Below, piece after piece: positions 48,564 through 58,363 of a stretch of DNA of 64,000 nucleotides (its first letter is position 1; each line of letters opens with the position of its first letter). This stretch comes from an uncultured cyanobacterium. Lineage in GTDB: Bacteria; Cyanobacteriota; Cyanobacteriia; CAKZMO01. The stretch is from contig CAVRCJ010000014.1 in assembly GCA_963719515.1 (NCBI GenBank), forward strand, positions 1 to 64,000, written 5' to 3'. A program made the translations under genes and the position numbers. The notes beneath the pieces are model-generated. The model saw only the letters and a program-made list of their open reading frames with translations, was not told the origin of the DNA and searched no databases.

Positions 48564-51011
48564 CTAAAGCGTCACCGTTATCTGCACCTCGCCGTCGAGG
48601 CTTGCTGGCGATCGCCAGCCCTGTAAGCGCTGCCGCAGCTCCCCCAGCAGCGATCGCGTCTCCAGCGTGGAGGCAGCGTCGTCTAGCAGCACCTGCACCA
48701 CCCGCCCTTGGCGCAGCCTCACCCGCCACACGACAACTCCTGACGTCCCGTGGGTGATACCCTGCAGCTGCGATTCTAGGGACTGGATGAGCTGAGCTAG
48801 CAGATCATCCTCTAGCGTTACATCTACCCCGTCTATTTCTACGGTCAGCGCCTGAGCCCTGGGCCGCTCTGGCACCGGAGCCGCCTCAGCGTCAGGGGAC
48901 ACAGACGGCGTGGGGAGAGCTGGCATCCGAGGAGACAGCACATCTGCGCCGCTCATCGGGGCGGGAGCGCTTTGCAGCCTTGCACTCGCAGCCCTAGAGG
49001 ACACCATTCTCGCCTCTGCAGCAGCTGGGCCAAAGATACCCTCATCGCTCACTCCCTCCGGCAGCGCCACGGGCACCTCTACCCGGCGCCGGGTGCCGTC
49101 AGGGTCAACCCGCACCTCCTCGCTCACCGCCACAAACGCCGTGTAGGCCGACAGCAGCCGGTAGTCCAGGGCTGTTTGGGTCACCGTTTCTACCCCAGAC
49201 ACCGTCTCGCCGCTCGCCATCTCCAGCATCAGATCCTTGACGCGGGCGCGGCCCCACAGCTGGGCAACCGCCGGGTTCCCCGCGCCGTCGAAGCGCAGGG
49301 GCAGCGTGGTTTCGTAGGGGGCTCCATTGGCCAGCGTGCCGCTCACCCGCAGGCTCCCCGTCTGGCCGGCTTCTGCGCGGCCAAATACCACTAGAGGCTG
49401 CTGGTCAAATAGGTCGGGCAGCGCCTGGGGGTAGACCACAGGAGAGTTGCCCGTCCCCTCCCAGCTCACTTCCAGATTGGTAAGAACCGGGTTGCTGATG
49501 CGGCCCAAAAAGCGATCGATTATCGCCTCCACCGGTTCATCCTGGCGCACCACCAGCGACAAGCCGCGCCCCACCTCCCCTAGCCGGTCCAGCAAAAAGC
49601 GGTTTACCGAGCTGCCCACCCCAAAACTGTAGAGGCGGTTGCCCGCCTGCAGCCGCTGCTGCACCTCGTCGATCACCGCAGCTTCGTTGCCGATGTAGCC
49701 ATCGGTGAGCAGCACCACGCTGCGCAGTCGCCCTTCTGGCGCTGGGGGAAAGCTGAGCACCTCTTTGACGCCGTTGAGCAATTCGGTGCCGCCGCTGGCC
49801 GTCAGCTGCTCGACGTACTGGGTGGCGCGGCGGCGGTTGGCGGCGGTGTTGTCCAGCGGGGCGGGGGAAAGGCGGGTGGTGGTATTGGCAAAGTCGATGA
49901 TCGTAAAGGTGTCGTCGGGGTTGAGCCCCTCCAGCATGCGGGCCATCAGCCGCTTCGACTGGGCCAAGGGTTCCCCCTGCTGGGAGCCGGAGGTATCCAT
50001 GAGGAACACCACGTCCTTGGGCACAATCTCCTCAGGGCGGTAGTCCACTGCCGGAATCAGGTAGAGGGCAAAGTGGCCGCCCCGCTCGTCGGCCTGGGTA
50101 AGCAGGGCGGCTTGGGTGGTCTCGCCGCTGACCCGGTAGCGCAAAATGAAGTCTTTGTTGGGCAAGCTGTCGCTGGGGCTCAGCTGCACCTGCTGGGCCC
50201 CCTGGCCCGACACCACAATTTCGTGGGAGGGCGATCGCACTTCCTGAATGGGCAGGCCCGCATCGAAGCGCACCGTCACCGACAGGTCCTGGCCCGAGCG
50301 CACCTCCGGCGGCAGCACGGGAGGCGTGATTCGCTCGGCGTCGGGCACCTGATCAGTTCCGTCTTCTGGGCCATTGCCCAAAGGAGTGCCCGGAATGTAG
50401 CGCGGCCCCACCACCGTGGGAAACACAAACTCGTAGCCGTCGCCCTCAAAAGGCAAAGACTCGGTGTAGCGCAGGGTGACCTCGATCGCCTCTCCCGGAC
50501 GAATGTTGGCTACCGACTGGGTGAAGATATTGGCCCGCTCCTGCTCCAGTAGACCCGCTGTGCGCCCCGCTGCTCTGGCCTGCTCGTAGATTTCTTGGGC
50601 CTCTTCCCGCCGCTTGATGTTCCCCCGGATGACGCGATCGCCGACGCGAATTTCCATGTCGTCCACAGCGGCTTCGTCGGGTAGCGGAAAGACGTAGATG
50701 GCTTCTAGAGGCTCATCAAAGGGGTTTTCGAAGGTTTGGGTGACTTCGACTCGGGCTAGGTTGCCGCTGACCTGGGCCTGCATGTCGGTGCGTCGTAAGG
50801 TAAAGGCTCTCGCCTCCGCATAAAGCCCTGAGTGGGTATACGGTTGAGGCAGTTCGCTATCAGCGAGCGGCTCCGGTGCCCTATGCTGCGGCACCTGGGC
50901 GAGTGAAGTCGGCTCTAGCCCGACGACAGCCCCCGCCCCCAGCGTCATTGATACTAGGGCCGCGATCGCTAGAAACCGATTCTTAGGGGCCATCGCCAGC
51001 AGGCTTTTCAT
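48564..51011 (-). CDS. Secreted VIT + VWA domain protein
   Basis: Signal peptide; VIT (VTQTFEN, YVFPLP); VWA (DTSGS, GGTEL, LLTDG); LWGRARV. Confidence 0.9.
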   Translation of the reverse strand: MKSLLAMAPKNRFLAIAALVSMTLGAGAVVGLEPTSLAQVPQHRAPEPLADSELPQPYTHSGLYAEARAFTLRRTDMQAQVSGNLARVEVTQTFENPFDEPLEAIYVFPLPDEAAVDDMEIRVGDRVIRGNIKRREEAQEIYEQARAAGRTAGLLEQERANIFTQSVANIRPGEAIEVTLRYTESLPFEGDGYEFVFPTVVGPRYIPGTPLGNGPEDGTDQVPDAERITPPVLPPEVRSGQDLSVTVRFDAGLPIQEVRSPSHEIVVSGQGAQQVQLSPSDSLPNKDFILRYRVSGETTQAALLTQADERGGHFALYLIPAVDYRPEEIVPKDVVFLMDTSGSQQGEPLAQSKRLMARMLEGLNPDDTFTIIDFANTTTRLSPAPLDNTAANRRRATQYVEQLTASGGTELLNGVKEVLSFPPAPEGRLRSVVLLTDGYIGNEAAVIDEVQQRLQAGNRLYSFGVGSSVNRFLLDRLGEVGRGLSLVVRQDEPVEAIIDRFLGRISNPVLTNLEVSWEGTGNSPVVYPQALPDLFDQQPLVVFGRAEAGQTGSLRVSGTLANGAPYETTLPLRFDGAGNPAVAQLWGRARVKDLMLEMASGETVSGVETVTQTALDYRLLSAYTAFVAVSEEVRVDPDGTRRRVEVPVALPEGVSDEGIFGPAAAEARMVSSRAASARLQSAPAPMSGADVLSPRMPALPTPSVSPDAEAAPVPERPRAQALTVEIDGVDVTLEDDLLAQLIQSLESQLQGITHGTSGVVVWRVRLRQGRVVQVLLDDAASTLETRSLLGELRQRLQGWRSPASLDGEVQITVTL

Positions 51012-51093
51012 GGGCTTTTATGGGGCAACGTCATCCTTACTGTGGCACGGCGTCTGAGCCGATACCGGGGAGGTTACAGAAAGCGCAACCGGC

Positions 51094-52089
51094 CTAGCAG
51101 TCCCGATTAGAAACCGTGCCGTTGGGGAGCTGGGTACCGCACAGAAGAGCGCCGCTGAGGTCTACGCCTTCTAAATTGGCGTCTGTGAGATCAGCCCGAC
51201 GAAGATTGGTGTCTTGAAAAAAGGCTTCCTGCAGGTCAGCGCCTCTTAGATCGGCCTGAAACAGGCCCGCGCTGCGGAGGTTGCTGCCGCGCAGAGTAGC
51301 GCCGGAAAGATCGGTATCTCTAAAAAACGTCCGCGAGAGGTTGGCCTCGGAGAGATTAGCCGCTGAGAGGTTAGCGCTGCTAAGGTTGGCATCCCGTAGA
51401 TTGGCCTGGCGCAGCTCCGCGTTTTTCAAATTGGCCCGGCGTAGGTCTGCCCGGCGTAGGTCTGCCCTAAACAAATCCGCACCCCGCAGGTCAGCATCCC
51501 CTAAACTGATGCGGATCATCTGAGCCTGATGTAGCCGTGCCCCTCGCAGGTCCGTGCCGTCTAGGTCGGCCCGCTGCAGGTTGACGCCTCCTAGATGGGC
51601 CCGGCGCAGGTTAGCGCGGGTGAGGATGGCGTCTCCCAATACAGCGTCGTCTAAAATGGCCTCTTCTAGGGAGGCGTCGCCGATATAGGCCCCCCGTAGA
51701 TCTGCCCCGATCAAAACAGCTTGGTCGAGCACCACACCGCTCAGCACCGCACCGCTCAAATCGGCCCCCGACAAATTGACGCGCTCTAGGTTAGCACCGC
51801 TCAAAACCGACTCCGCAAGATTGATGCCGCTCATGTCGGTTTCGGTAAAGTCAACCTCTCGGAGACTAGCGTTGTGAACGTTGGTGTTCGAGAGGTCAGA
51901 CTGACGCAGCGTAATGCCGTCTAGGTCGCAGCTATTGCAGCTTCCGGTTTCCAGTAGCCGGTTGATGCGCTTGGTTTTGATGACCTGTCGCGAGAGAAGC
52001 GCTAGCCCAAGGCTTGCCAACAGCGTCACGAAAATGGCCAAAATCGTAAAGGCGCGAATGTCTCGCTTATCTAGAGTCCAGGCCACCAT
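51094..52089 (-). CDS. Pentapeptide repeat protein with N-terminal TM
   Basis: Extensive A(D/N)Lxx repeats, LLETGSCNSCDL, C-terminal LCGTQLPNG. Confidence 0.93.
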   Translation of the reverse strand: MVAWTLDKRDIRAFTILAIFVTLLASLGLALLSRQVIKTKRINRLLETGSCNSCDLDGITLRQSDLSNTNVHNASLREVDFTETDMSGINLAESVLSGANLERVNLSGADLSGAVLSGVVLDQAVLIGADLRGAYIGDASLEEAILDDAVLGDAILTRANLRRAHLGGVNLQRADLDGTDLRGARLHQAQMIRISLGDADLRGADLFRADLRRADLRRANLKNAELRQANLRDANLSSANLSAANLSEANLSRTFFRDTDLSGATLRGSNLRSAGLFQADLRGADLQEAFFQDTNLRRADLTDANLEGVDLSGALLCGTQLPNGTVSNRDC

Positions 52090-52136
52090 AGCGACGTCCT
52101 ATAGCAATCTCAAATGAGTTTGTGAGGGGGTGCTGT

Positions 52137-52171
52137 GAGGGGAGGGGTAAGTTCAGCCTGCCCCTCCCCTC
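52137..52171. terminator. GC-rich stem-loop downstream of the S13 peptidase gene
   Basis: GAGGGGAGGGG ... CCCCTCCCCTC, 11-bp stem. Confidence 0.5.
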
Positions 52172-52214
52172 TGTTTGCAATTGTAGTCAACCGCTGGTAG
52201 GCGTTGTCCGCACG

Positions 52215-53531
52215 TCAATCAAAATTTAAGGGGGTCACGGCGGGTTCTATCCTTGCCGGATCTCCCAGAATTTCTCGCGATCGCTGCCGCCGGGAGGATG
52301 CCGCTAGCTCGGCAGTCCCCCAGGTCTGGGTCAGATCCTGCAGCAGGTAGTCCTGCTGTGCCCGAAGCTCAACCAGGTTGCTGCCGGAGTTGATAATCGA
52401 GAACCACACCAGATCGCGATCGCGAGTGGGCAGCGCACCGGCTAGGGCGCTGACGGTGGCTAGCGTCCCCGTTTTGACGGCGGTGTCTGCGGGAAGATCG
52501 CGTCCCAGCAAGGTGCCCACGTCTAGGCCCGCCACTGGGAAAACGTCGGTCACTCCCAGATCCTGAGACGCTAGACGCGCCTGAATCGCTCGCAGCATAG
52601 CGCTCGCCGCCCGCGCCGACAGCTGGTTCTCCATCCCCAGCCCCGATCCATTGGCCAGCTGAATCTCGTTTGGCGGCACCCCGGTTAGCGCTGAGGCCTT
52701 GCGGCTGAGGGCTGCCCCCCCCCCCAGCATCTCCCCCAGCAAGTCCGCCATGAAGTTGTTGCTGTAGAGGTTCATCAGCTTTAGCAGCTGACCTAGACTG
52801 AGAGAGAAGTGATTGAGTAAGAGCTGAGGGGCAAGGGCTTCTGCCTGCGACTCTCTTAAGAAGGCGACTCCCCCGTCGATAACTATGTAGGGACGCGGCG
52901 TCTCTGGGGACATGAGGGCATACTGCTGCTCTACTCCTCCGATCCACAGCTCTCCGTTAAAGGCATTCTGCAGCAGCGTTCCCGCCACAATGGGATCTAG
53001 CTCGTAGTTCATGAAAAATGCCCCGGTGACGATCAGCTGCCCGGTGACCCGCTCCACCCCAAGCGCCTGTAGCTGATTCGCGACCGCGATCGCCTCTTCC
53101 CACACGAACAGCGGGTTCCCCCCTCCCTTAACGATCAAATCTCCCTGCAGGACGCCGTCTTCTATGGGGCCTGTGGCGCTGAGGGTGGTGACGAACTGGT
53201 GGTCGCTGCCCCAAGTTGCTAGAGCGACTAGCGTCGTCGCAATCTTAGTTAGGGAGGCTGCGGGTAGGGGCGTCCTACCCTGGTGCTGGGCCAGCACGGT
53301 TTGTCCTGACTGAATCCAAACGCCTTGCCCTTCCGCCCCCCAGCCGTAGCGTTCTAGAGTGTCGAGGTAGACCTGTAGATCTTGCAAGGCCGCACTGTCT
53401 AGCGTCTCTTTGGGCTCCAGCAGCTCCTGTAGGGGGACTTGAGCGATCCAGGCGGATAGATTTGTCGATCGCAGCTGCATAGGGGGTTCGGGTGCTGCAG
53501 CGAGCAGCCATACCGCAATCAGCTCAAACAC
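52215..53531 (-). CDS. dacB: D-alanyl-D-alanine carboxypeptidase (peptidase S13, PBP4-like)
   Basis: PAASLTK (SxxK), YSNN (SxN), NGSGL, KTGTL. GTG start at 53531 after GAGG SD. Confidence 0.88.
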   Translation of the reverse strand: MFELIAVWLLAAAPEPPMQLRSTNLSAWIAQVPLQELLEPKETLDSAALQDLQVYLDTLERYGWGAEGQGVWIQSGQTVLAQHQGRTPLPAASLTKIATTLVALATWGSDHQFVTTLSATGPIEDGVLQGDLIVKGGGNPLFVWEEAIAVANQLQALGVERVTGQLIVTGAFFMNYELDPIVAGTLLQNAFNGELWIGGVEQQYALMSPETPRPYIVIDGGVAFLRESQAEALAPQLLLNHFSLSLGQLLKLMNLYSNNFMADLLGEMLGGGAALSRKASALTGVPPNEIQLANGSGLGMENQLSARAASAMLRAIQARLASQDLGVTDVFPVAGLDVGTLLGRDLPADTAVKTGTLATVSALAGALPTRDRDLVWFSIINSGSNLVELRAQQDYLLQDLTQTWGTAELAASSRRQRSREILGDPARIEPAVTPLNFD

Positions 53532-53595
53532 AGTACTGTCCTCAACTAAACCAAAACCATAGACAATAAAACCACGGGCAATAAAACGACAGGCA

Positions 53596-54279
53596 ATGCA
53601 AACCGCTAGAACCGGGCGGCTAACTTCAGACGTGGCTAACTCAGACTCAAACACGCTACTGCGATGGCTCCCTATTATAGCGGGCGGCCTGGCGGGCACT
53701 CTACTGTTGCTCAACCGTCTACTCACCCCAGCGCTTACCGATGCTCAGGCCCGTTCAGACGTGCTGGGGGTGGTTATCAGCGCGGTGCTCATTTTGACGG
53801 GGCTGCTGTGGCAGCGAGTGCAGCCCGTGCCGCCAGAGGCTGTAGCCTTACTAGGGCAGGAGGGCTTCGAGCTAATGGAGGATTTGCCGGAGGCCGTCAG
53901 AAAAGAGCTGGCCTGGGCCTCCCACCTGCTGCTCACCAATACGGTCACCCGGTCGGTGGTGGTGTGGTACGAGGGCCGCGTTCTGCTGCGGCGCGGGGTT
54001 TTGGGGCCCTCTGCTGAGGTGACGCCGGGGGCGATCGCCCAGCGGGTAATAGACACCCAGCGCCCGGTCTATCTGGTGAAGCTGTCGATCTATCCGGGCC
54101 GGCTGGAGTTTGACTATTTACCGGAGAACACTCAGGGGGTGATTTGCCAGCCCTTAGGCGATCGCGGACTGCTGGTGCTGGGGGCGAACGCGCCTCGTAG
54201 CTACACCGTGCAGGACGAGCGCTGGGTTACTGGTTTGGCGGAGAAGCTGACAGATACGCTGGGCTGCTTCATTTCTTGA
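53596..54279 (+). CDS. ccb4: Cofactor assembly of complex C subunit B (CCB4-like); start may be GTG 53632
   Basis: LLLLNRL, QARSDVLG, ELAWASHLLLTNT, YPGRLEFDYLPENTQGVICQP. Confidence 0.8.
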   Translation: MQTARTGRLTSDVANSDSNTLLRWLPIIAGGLAGTLLLLNRLLTPALTDAQARSDVLGVVISAVLILTGLLWQRVQPVPPEAVALLGQEGFELMEDLPEAVRKELAWASHLLLTNTVTRSVVVWYEGRVLLRRGVLGPSAEVTPGAIAQRVIDTQRPVYLVKLSIYPGRLEFDYLPENTQGVICQPLGDRGLLVLGANAPRSYTVQDERWVTGLAEKLTDTLGCFIS

Positions 54280-54300
54280 CAAATCAACTAAACTTGATTT
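54276..54300 (+). promoter_or_regulatory. ArsR-type operator overlapping the -35 of acr3
   Basis: TTGACA at 54276 overlaps palindrome AAATCAA-CTAAAC-TTGATTT (ATCAA-N6-TTGAT), the form known for cyanobacterial ArsR sites. Confidence 0.7.
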
Positions 54301-54364
54301 GAGTAAGCCTAATGCTTTTGGGCGGTAAAAGCGCAGCTAACGCATCCTCCCCCTCCACATACCA

Positions 54365-55513
54365 ATGACAGTTCAAAAGTCCCCCTCTAAAGCGGTCCAA
54401 GCGGGCAGCCGGTTGAGCGTCTTCGAGCGCTACCTCACCCTCTGGGTCATCCTGTGCATCCTGGCGGGTGTTGTGCTGGGGAACGTTTTCCCTGGTTTGG
54501 CAGACACCCTCAACGCCATGAGCCTCTATCAGGTGTCGGTGCCCATCGCCGTCTGCCTATTCTTCATGATGTACCCCATCATGGTGAAAATTGACTTCTC
54601 TCAGGCCAAGCAGGCGGTGCGATCGCCCAAGCCCGTAGCGCTGACGCTAGCCATCAACTGGCTGGTTAAGCCCTTCACCATGGTGGCCTTTGCTCAGTTC
54701 TTTTTGGGCTGGCTGTTTCGCCCTTTGCTAGAAGGCAGCGAGCTGATTCGCGGGGTAGAAATCTCCCTGGCCAACTCCTACATCGCCGGGGCTATTTTGC
54801 TGGGTATTGCGCCCTGCACCGCCATGGTGCTCATGTGGGGCTACCTGTCCTATAGCAATCAGGGCCACACCCTGGTGATGGTGGCGATCAATTCCCTGGC
54901 CATGCTGTTTCTCTATGCGCCTTTGGGGGGCTGGCTGCTGTCGGCCAACAACCTGCTGGTGCCCTGGCGAACCATCGTGCTGTCGGTGCTAATTTACGTG
55001 GGGCTACCCCTGATCGCCGGGGTAGTGTCGCGGACCTGGATTTTGAGACACAAGGGCAAAGCCTGGTTCGACCGCGTTTTTCTCAGGTATCTCGGTCCGA
55101 TTTCCACTGCGGCCCTGCTGATTACCCTGGTGCTTCTGTTTAGCTTCAAGGCCGAGCTAATCGTCAGCAACCCCTTTCACATTGTTCTGATTGCGGTGCC
55201 TCTATTTCTGCAGACCAACTTCATCTTCTTGATCACCTACGTGGCGGCCCAGAAGCTGAAGATGGTGTACGAAGACGCCGCTCCGGCAGCGCTGATCGGG
55301 GCCAGCAATCACTTCGAGGTGGCGATCGCGACGGCGGTGACCCTGTTTGGCCTCAATTCGGGTGCGGCTTTGGCGACGGTAGTTGGGGTATTGATTGAGG
55401 TGCCGGCGATGCTGCTGCTGGTGGAAGTCTGCAAGCGAACGGCTTTTTGGTTTCCCCGAGAGCCTGAGAAGGCTACGCTACCCGACCCGCGCTGCTTGAA
55501 GGTCGATATCTAG
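54365..55513 (+). CDS. acr3: ACR3 family arsenite efflux transporter
   Basis: [54 protein letters not shown]. Confidence 0.95.
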   Translation: MTVQKSPSKAVQAGSRLSVFERYLTLWVILCILAGVVLGNVFPGLADTLNAMSLYQVSVPIAVCLFFMMYPIMVKIDFSQAKQAVRSPKPVALTLAINWLVKPFTMVAFAQFFLGWLFRPLLEGSELIRGVEISLANSYIAGAILLGIAPCTAMVLMWGYLSYSNQGHTLVMVAINSLAMLFLYAPLGGWLLSANNLLVPWRTIVLSVLIYVGLPLIAGVVSRTWILRHKGKAWFDRVFLRYLGPISTAALLITLVLLFSFKAELIVSNPFHIVLIAVPLFLQTNFIFLITYVAAQKLKMVYEDAAPAALIGASNHFEVAIATAVTLFGLNSGAALATVVGVLIEVPAMLLLVEVCKRTAFWFPREPEKATLPDPRCLKVDI

Positions 55514-55555
55514 CGCCTGCGCCGTTGGGCCTCTAGAGGGGAGCCCGGTTGTCTA

Positions 55556-55600
55556 GGGGCAGTGGGAGGCATAGCGGCCTTCACTGCCCCAGCGCCTTTT
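55556..55600. terminator. Stem-loop between convergent genes
   Basis: GGGGCAGTG (55556-55564) / CACTGCCCC (55582-55590). Confidence 0.55.
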
Positions 55601-56168
55601 AGGCCTCGTCAGTCTCGTCGTTAGCAGTGGCTTCGTCAGCTGGTTCGTCTACTGCAGATGTGGCTTCCGGCTCTTCGGCCTCAGGTTCTGTCGCCTCAGG
55701 CGCTGCTTCGGGCTCCGCTTCAACAACCGCTGATTCAGCGTCAGCCGCCAGAGCCGCCACGGCATCCTCAGAAGATGAGGCAGAACCTGGAGCCTGGGGT
55801 GGTGCCGCTTGGGTGGCGGCAGCCGTCGGGGATTCTGGAGTGGGGCTAGGGGAAGCGTTAGCGGCGCTGGCTAGGGACGGAATCTTTTTGTGAATCATCA
55901 GCTGCTGAATCACGCCCGCGTCGAGGTGGGTTCTTCCTCGCGTTTTAGACGCCTCAAGAATCAGCTCGCCTAGCTCTTTTCCGGTGGCATCGGCTTGCTC
56001 GCGGGTGTGATTGCTCTGCTGCGATACTTTCTTGAGCAGGTAGTCAAGTTCTCGGTTCCCGCGACGGGTCGACACCTGGAGACCGCCCTCGGAGAGGACT
56101 TGCTTTGCGCTTACTCGCATGGTTTTGACAGCTTGACGCTGTTCGAGACCGGACTGGGAATTTGCCAT
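55599..56168 (-). CDS. Hypothetical protein with acidic low-complexity tail
   Basis: Globular N-half (GLQVSTRRGNRELDYLLKK...RGRTHLDAGVI) and A/E/P-rich C-half. Confidence 0.7.
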   Translation of the reverse strand: MANSQSGLEQRQAVKTMRVSAKQVLSEGGLQVSTRRGNRELDYLLKKVSQQSNHTREQADATGKELGELILEASKTRGRTHLDAGVIQQLMIHKKIPSLASAANASPSPTPESPTAAATQAAPPQAPGSASSSEDAVAALAADAESAVVEAEPEAAPEATEPEAEEPEATSAVDEPADEATANDETDEA

Positions 56169-56219
56169 CTGAAGTTATGCTTCCTTGTTGCTGGGGCAGT
56201 TTTGGGCCGTCTATCACTC

Positions 56220-56607
56220 TACAGGAATATTACGTATTCGTGGCAACGGACTCAATCCGCCTGGGGGTGTCTCTTTTCTCGCGCCATAAGAGGGCGACGC
56301 TGGCCTAATATCTGCTTTGATGCCGATGGCGAGCCGCTGGACGATGTCTCGCATACCGCCTGACTGGACGATTGGAATTTTATCTCCTGAGCAGAGCGCT
56401 AACAGGGTGACGGGAAATATCTTGCACTGTTTAAACCACGGCTGCCAGTCGGGCTGGCTAGTGGACCCAGGCGATCGCTCGGTGCTAATGTTCCGCCCGC
56501 AGCGGCAGCCGGAGCCGTGCGCTGGGGAGGACAAGTTAATGGTGTTAGAGAATACAAATTTAGCGCTGACGACGAGTCAGATGTTTGGCTGGCTGCAGAT
56601 GAATTGA
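56220..56607 (+). pseudogene. Uma2 family endonuclease remnant
   Basis: PPDWTIGILSPEQSANRVTGNILHCLNHGCQSGWLVDP; 5' part frameshifted or missing. Confidence 0.75.
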
Positions 56608-56635
56608 TACTCCTTATTTGAATGGTGATGGCTCA

Positions 56636-56975
56636 TGGTTGCAGCATCTTCAAAGTGACTCAGCCTCGAAGCGTTTCTAGCGCTGCCCGATTGCAATAAC
56701 CATGACCAGACCTGACCTATGTCTCGTTTGAGCGCCTGCCTGTAGGTTGGCTGGAGGATGAGCCTTGCCCTGTTCCCCCGGATTTGGCAATCGAAATTAT
56801 TTTCCCTAATCAGTCGTTTGGCATGATGGCGGCGAAGGCGGCAGATTATATTGCGGCGGGAGTGGCGCAGGTTTGGGTTGTGGATTCTCAGGCGAGGACG
56901 ATTACGGTGTTTATCCCGAGCGCGGTTCCGGTAACGTATCGGGGTGAGGCGGTGTTCAGCGGGGCGGGCCTGTAG
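56636..56975 (+). pseudogene. Second Uma2 family remnant
   Basis: MVAASSK*LSLEAFLALPD, then PDLTYVSFERLP...PPDLAIEIIFP...YIAAGVAQVWVVD, with stop, internal deletion and truncation. Confidence 0.75.
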
Positions 56976-57178
56976 GTGATGTGTTGGGGTAGGAAAATTT
57001 GCCTTCAGAAAACTAAATAAGCACTGTTCTAATTTTGTCGTAAGACCACTTTGTCTCACAGGATTTGGGCCTACTTTTGGACTAAATTGAAAAGCTGTCG
57101 CAGGGCTCATCTCCTGATTGTCTCTCGGAAGATCATGAGATTTGAGTAGTTGTGGTTTTGGGGCAGCTATGCTGTGTA

Positions 57179-57265
57179 ATCCAACGGTGAAGTTGTGCGG
57201 CTACCAATAACCTTTGAATCCCAAGCAAAATCTTTCGCTAGTCCGCCCTAGCCTGATTGTTAGGT
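57179..57265 (-). other. Integron attC-like recombination site (87 bp)
   Basis: Minus strand ACCTAAC (RYYYAAC)...GCGGACTA...TAGCCGC...GTTGGAT (GTTRRRY); imperfect hairpin with a bulged base. Confidence 0.6.
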
Positions 57266-57383
57266 TGTGTTTCTGTTAGAGCCATTGGGAATAAGAATAG
57301 ATCTTGAACAGGCTATATCAGTACTTCAAAATCCAGGATTTGCACATGACGATTTAGCCAACACTCCGGACAGTTTTTGATGG

Positions 57384-58321
57384 CTAACGGTGGAATGCGG
57401 GTTTCAGGCCTCTTCCACGGCAGCTTGGCAACGAGAAATCGAGGGTTTCAGCGCTTGTCAGAAAAGTGTCCGGACATTGTTTAGCATAAGTAAATTGAAA
57501 GTGTGGCATAGGTACAGTTGAGTTAATACAGCAGTCACTATATTTGTTCTTGGAATCACATAGACAGAGATCTTGCTCTTCATAACCACGTTTTTTAAAG
57601 TAGGTATAATCCCTTTCAATTTGTTGAACTTCATAATTCCACCTTTGAAAAGGATTATTTAAAACTGAAGCTAGGCCTCCTACGAGAGTGTAATCATATT
57701 GATCAACTCGTTCCCCAGTTTGAGGATCTGCCGAAAACAAGACGGCAAACTTGTTTGCAGGATTTTTACAATAGCTAGATGATCATATCTGATATTTATA
57801 ATCACTCTTGCACGCATCTCACCATCGTATATTTCGCCATCATTATGACCTCATGGCTTGCGTGGATTAATCTCTTTATCACAGACGCCGCAATATTCTT
57901 TACGGATCATTCCAGAGCTTATGAATAATTTATAAGGAAATAGTTCTTGCCACTTCGCCACATGCTCTTCAATAAAATCGAATTTTCCAAGAATCCAAAA
58001 ATCTTTCCAGTAATCTGGCAGATACTTTTTCGGAGACTTAATAGACCACAAGCCCTTCTCAGTATTTTCAAGCTCACACCAAGCATCATAAAATTCACGC
58101 TTCTTGAGTAATGAAAATGCAAGAAAATAGCTGCTGTGAACAGCGACTGCCTCTTGTAAGCACCAAATATGAGCGGCTAATTCTTTCTGATGAAGTTTTA
58201 AAGCTTTTTCTTTCAGGGTTGCAAGTAATCCTATTGTTTGGCTTTCATCATATCTACACTCAGCAACCCTGGCAATGAAATTAACAATTTCCTCAAGTGA
58301 AAGATTACTACTACTCACCAA
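57384..58321 (-). pseudogene. Cys-rich protein with C-terminal SEC-C-like motif, disrupted
   Basis: CGVC...NPRKP-TGA(57851-53)-GHNDGEIYDGEM continues in frame. A one-base-short A5 run (57763-57767) shifts into ...CLCDSKNKYSDCC...PH. Confidence 0.7.
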
Positions 58322-58363
58322 AGCTCTCCAGGAGTCAGTTGAATATGCAAATGAAGATTTTAC

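Noticed and set aside
57851..57853. Selenocysteine or readthrough at the in-frame TGA in a Cys position
   Set aside because: A frameshift follows about 85 nt later and no SECIS-like hairpin is evident; simple decay is more parsimonious.
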